DNA of 64,000 nt from an uncultured virus (IMG/VR IMGVR_UViG_3300017714_004846) (taxonomy: Duplodnaviria > Heunggongvirae > Uroviricota > Caudoviricetes). The stretch lies in the IMG/VR virus record IMGVR_UViG_3300017714_004846; one strand, given 5' to 3'. This document shows positions 63,765-64,000 of this stretch, in pieces. A model generated the notes under the pieces. It was given only the letters and a program-made list of their open reading frames with translations. It did not search any database and had not been told where the DNA came from. The position numbers and the translations under genes are program-made. Numbering within the stretch: position 1 is the first letter of the stretch; each line of letters opens with the position of its first letter.

Positions 63765-64000
63765 AGACCATTCCGATTGCAGCAGAGGCTACAATTGCAC
63801 CAGCAGAGAGTAGCATGAATCCCAGACCAATCTTTGCTCCTGTTTCAACAGGCTTTGCAAGTTCTACTTGGTCAGCAAACATAATGTCGTTTGGTGGAGA
63901 AGAAGCCGCACTCAAGCCAGAATCATTTTCCCACTGAACGATAGCGTTAGTGAGAGATTCAGCGTGGTGTGCAACCTTAGCGTCACCCATGCCTCGGAAT
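63751..64000 (-). CDS. C-terminally TM-anchored protein, possibly 5-prime truncated by window edge
   Basis: Frame open to window end; C-terminal IGLGFMLLSAGAIVASAAIGMV. Confidence 0.65.
   Translation of the reverse strand, partial: FRGMGDAKVAHHAESLTNAIVQWENDSGLSAASSPPNDIMFADQVELAKPVETGAKIGLGFMLLSAGAIVASAAIGMVFGDN

Noticed and set aside
1..64000. Fragment of a cellular archaeal chromosome
   Set aside because: No ribosomal, tRNA, metabolic or transport genes were recognised; the window is mostly orphans with uniform element-specific promoters and a compact virus-type ligase and dNMP kinase.
1..64000. Borg-type element
   Set aside because: No perfect tandem nucleotide repeat arrays, and strand switches are frequent rather than forming long single-strand replichores.

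Overview
This window looks like part of a large (over 64 kb), densely coded, AT-rich archaeal virus or virus-like element rather than a cellular chromosome. About 85 mostly orphan genes are present, with no rRNA, tRNA, ribosomal, metabolic or CRISPR loci recognised. It carries a scattered archaeal-type informational kit: PolD large subunit DP2, TFB, PriS-type primase, a divergent MCM, an XPD/DinG helicase, an ATP-dependent ligase, a minimal PolX, Cas4-like and resolvase-like nucleases, a dNMP kinase and two tandem C5 methyltransferases. It also has a Ser/Thr kinase, a PTC7-like PP2C phosphatase, a membrane-anchored JAB/MPN protease, a Gly-Pro-Pro-rich protein, a fibre protein and a block of paralogous beta-rich and membrane proteins (probable virion module). 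A Thermoplasmatota (possibly Marine Group II) host is inferred but not shown. Three interlocking codes stand out. (1) A promoter lies mostly 29-30 nt before the start codon at about 40 loci, in two classes: TTAAATAGGT before replication genes and TTAAATA[G/A]CA before orphan or structural genes. (2) A [F/Y/L]-x-A-E motif sits at domain borders of multidomain proteins in the second class, suggesting protease-processed polyproteins. (3) An [P/L]INW peptide is shared by about 11 otherwise mostly unrelated proteins of the second class, suggesting a sorting or packaging tag. Several palindromic 4-mers and CCWGG appear to be avoided. All family assignments come from motif recognition by eye; no searches were run. 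Some starts were moved from the ORF track using promoter or SD spacing.
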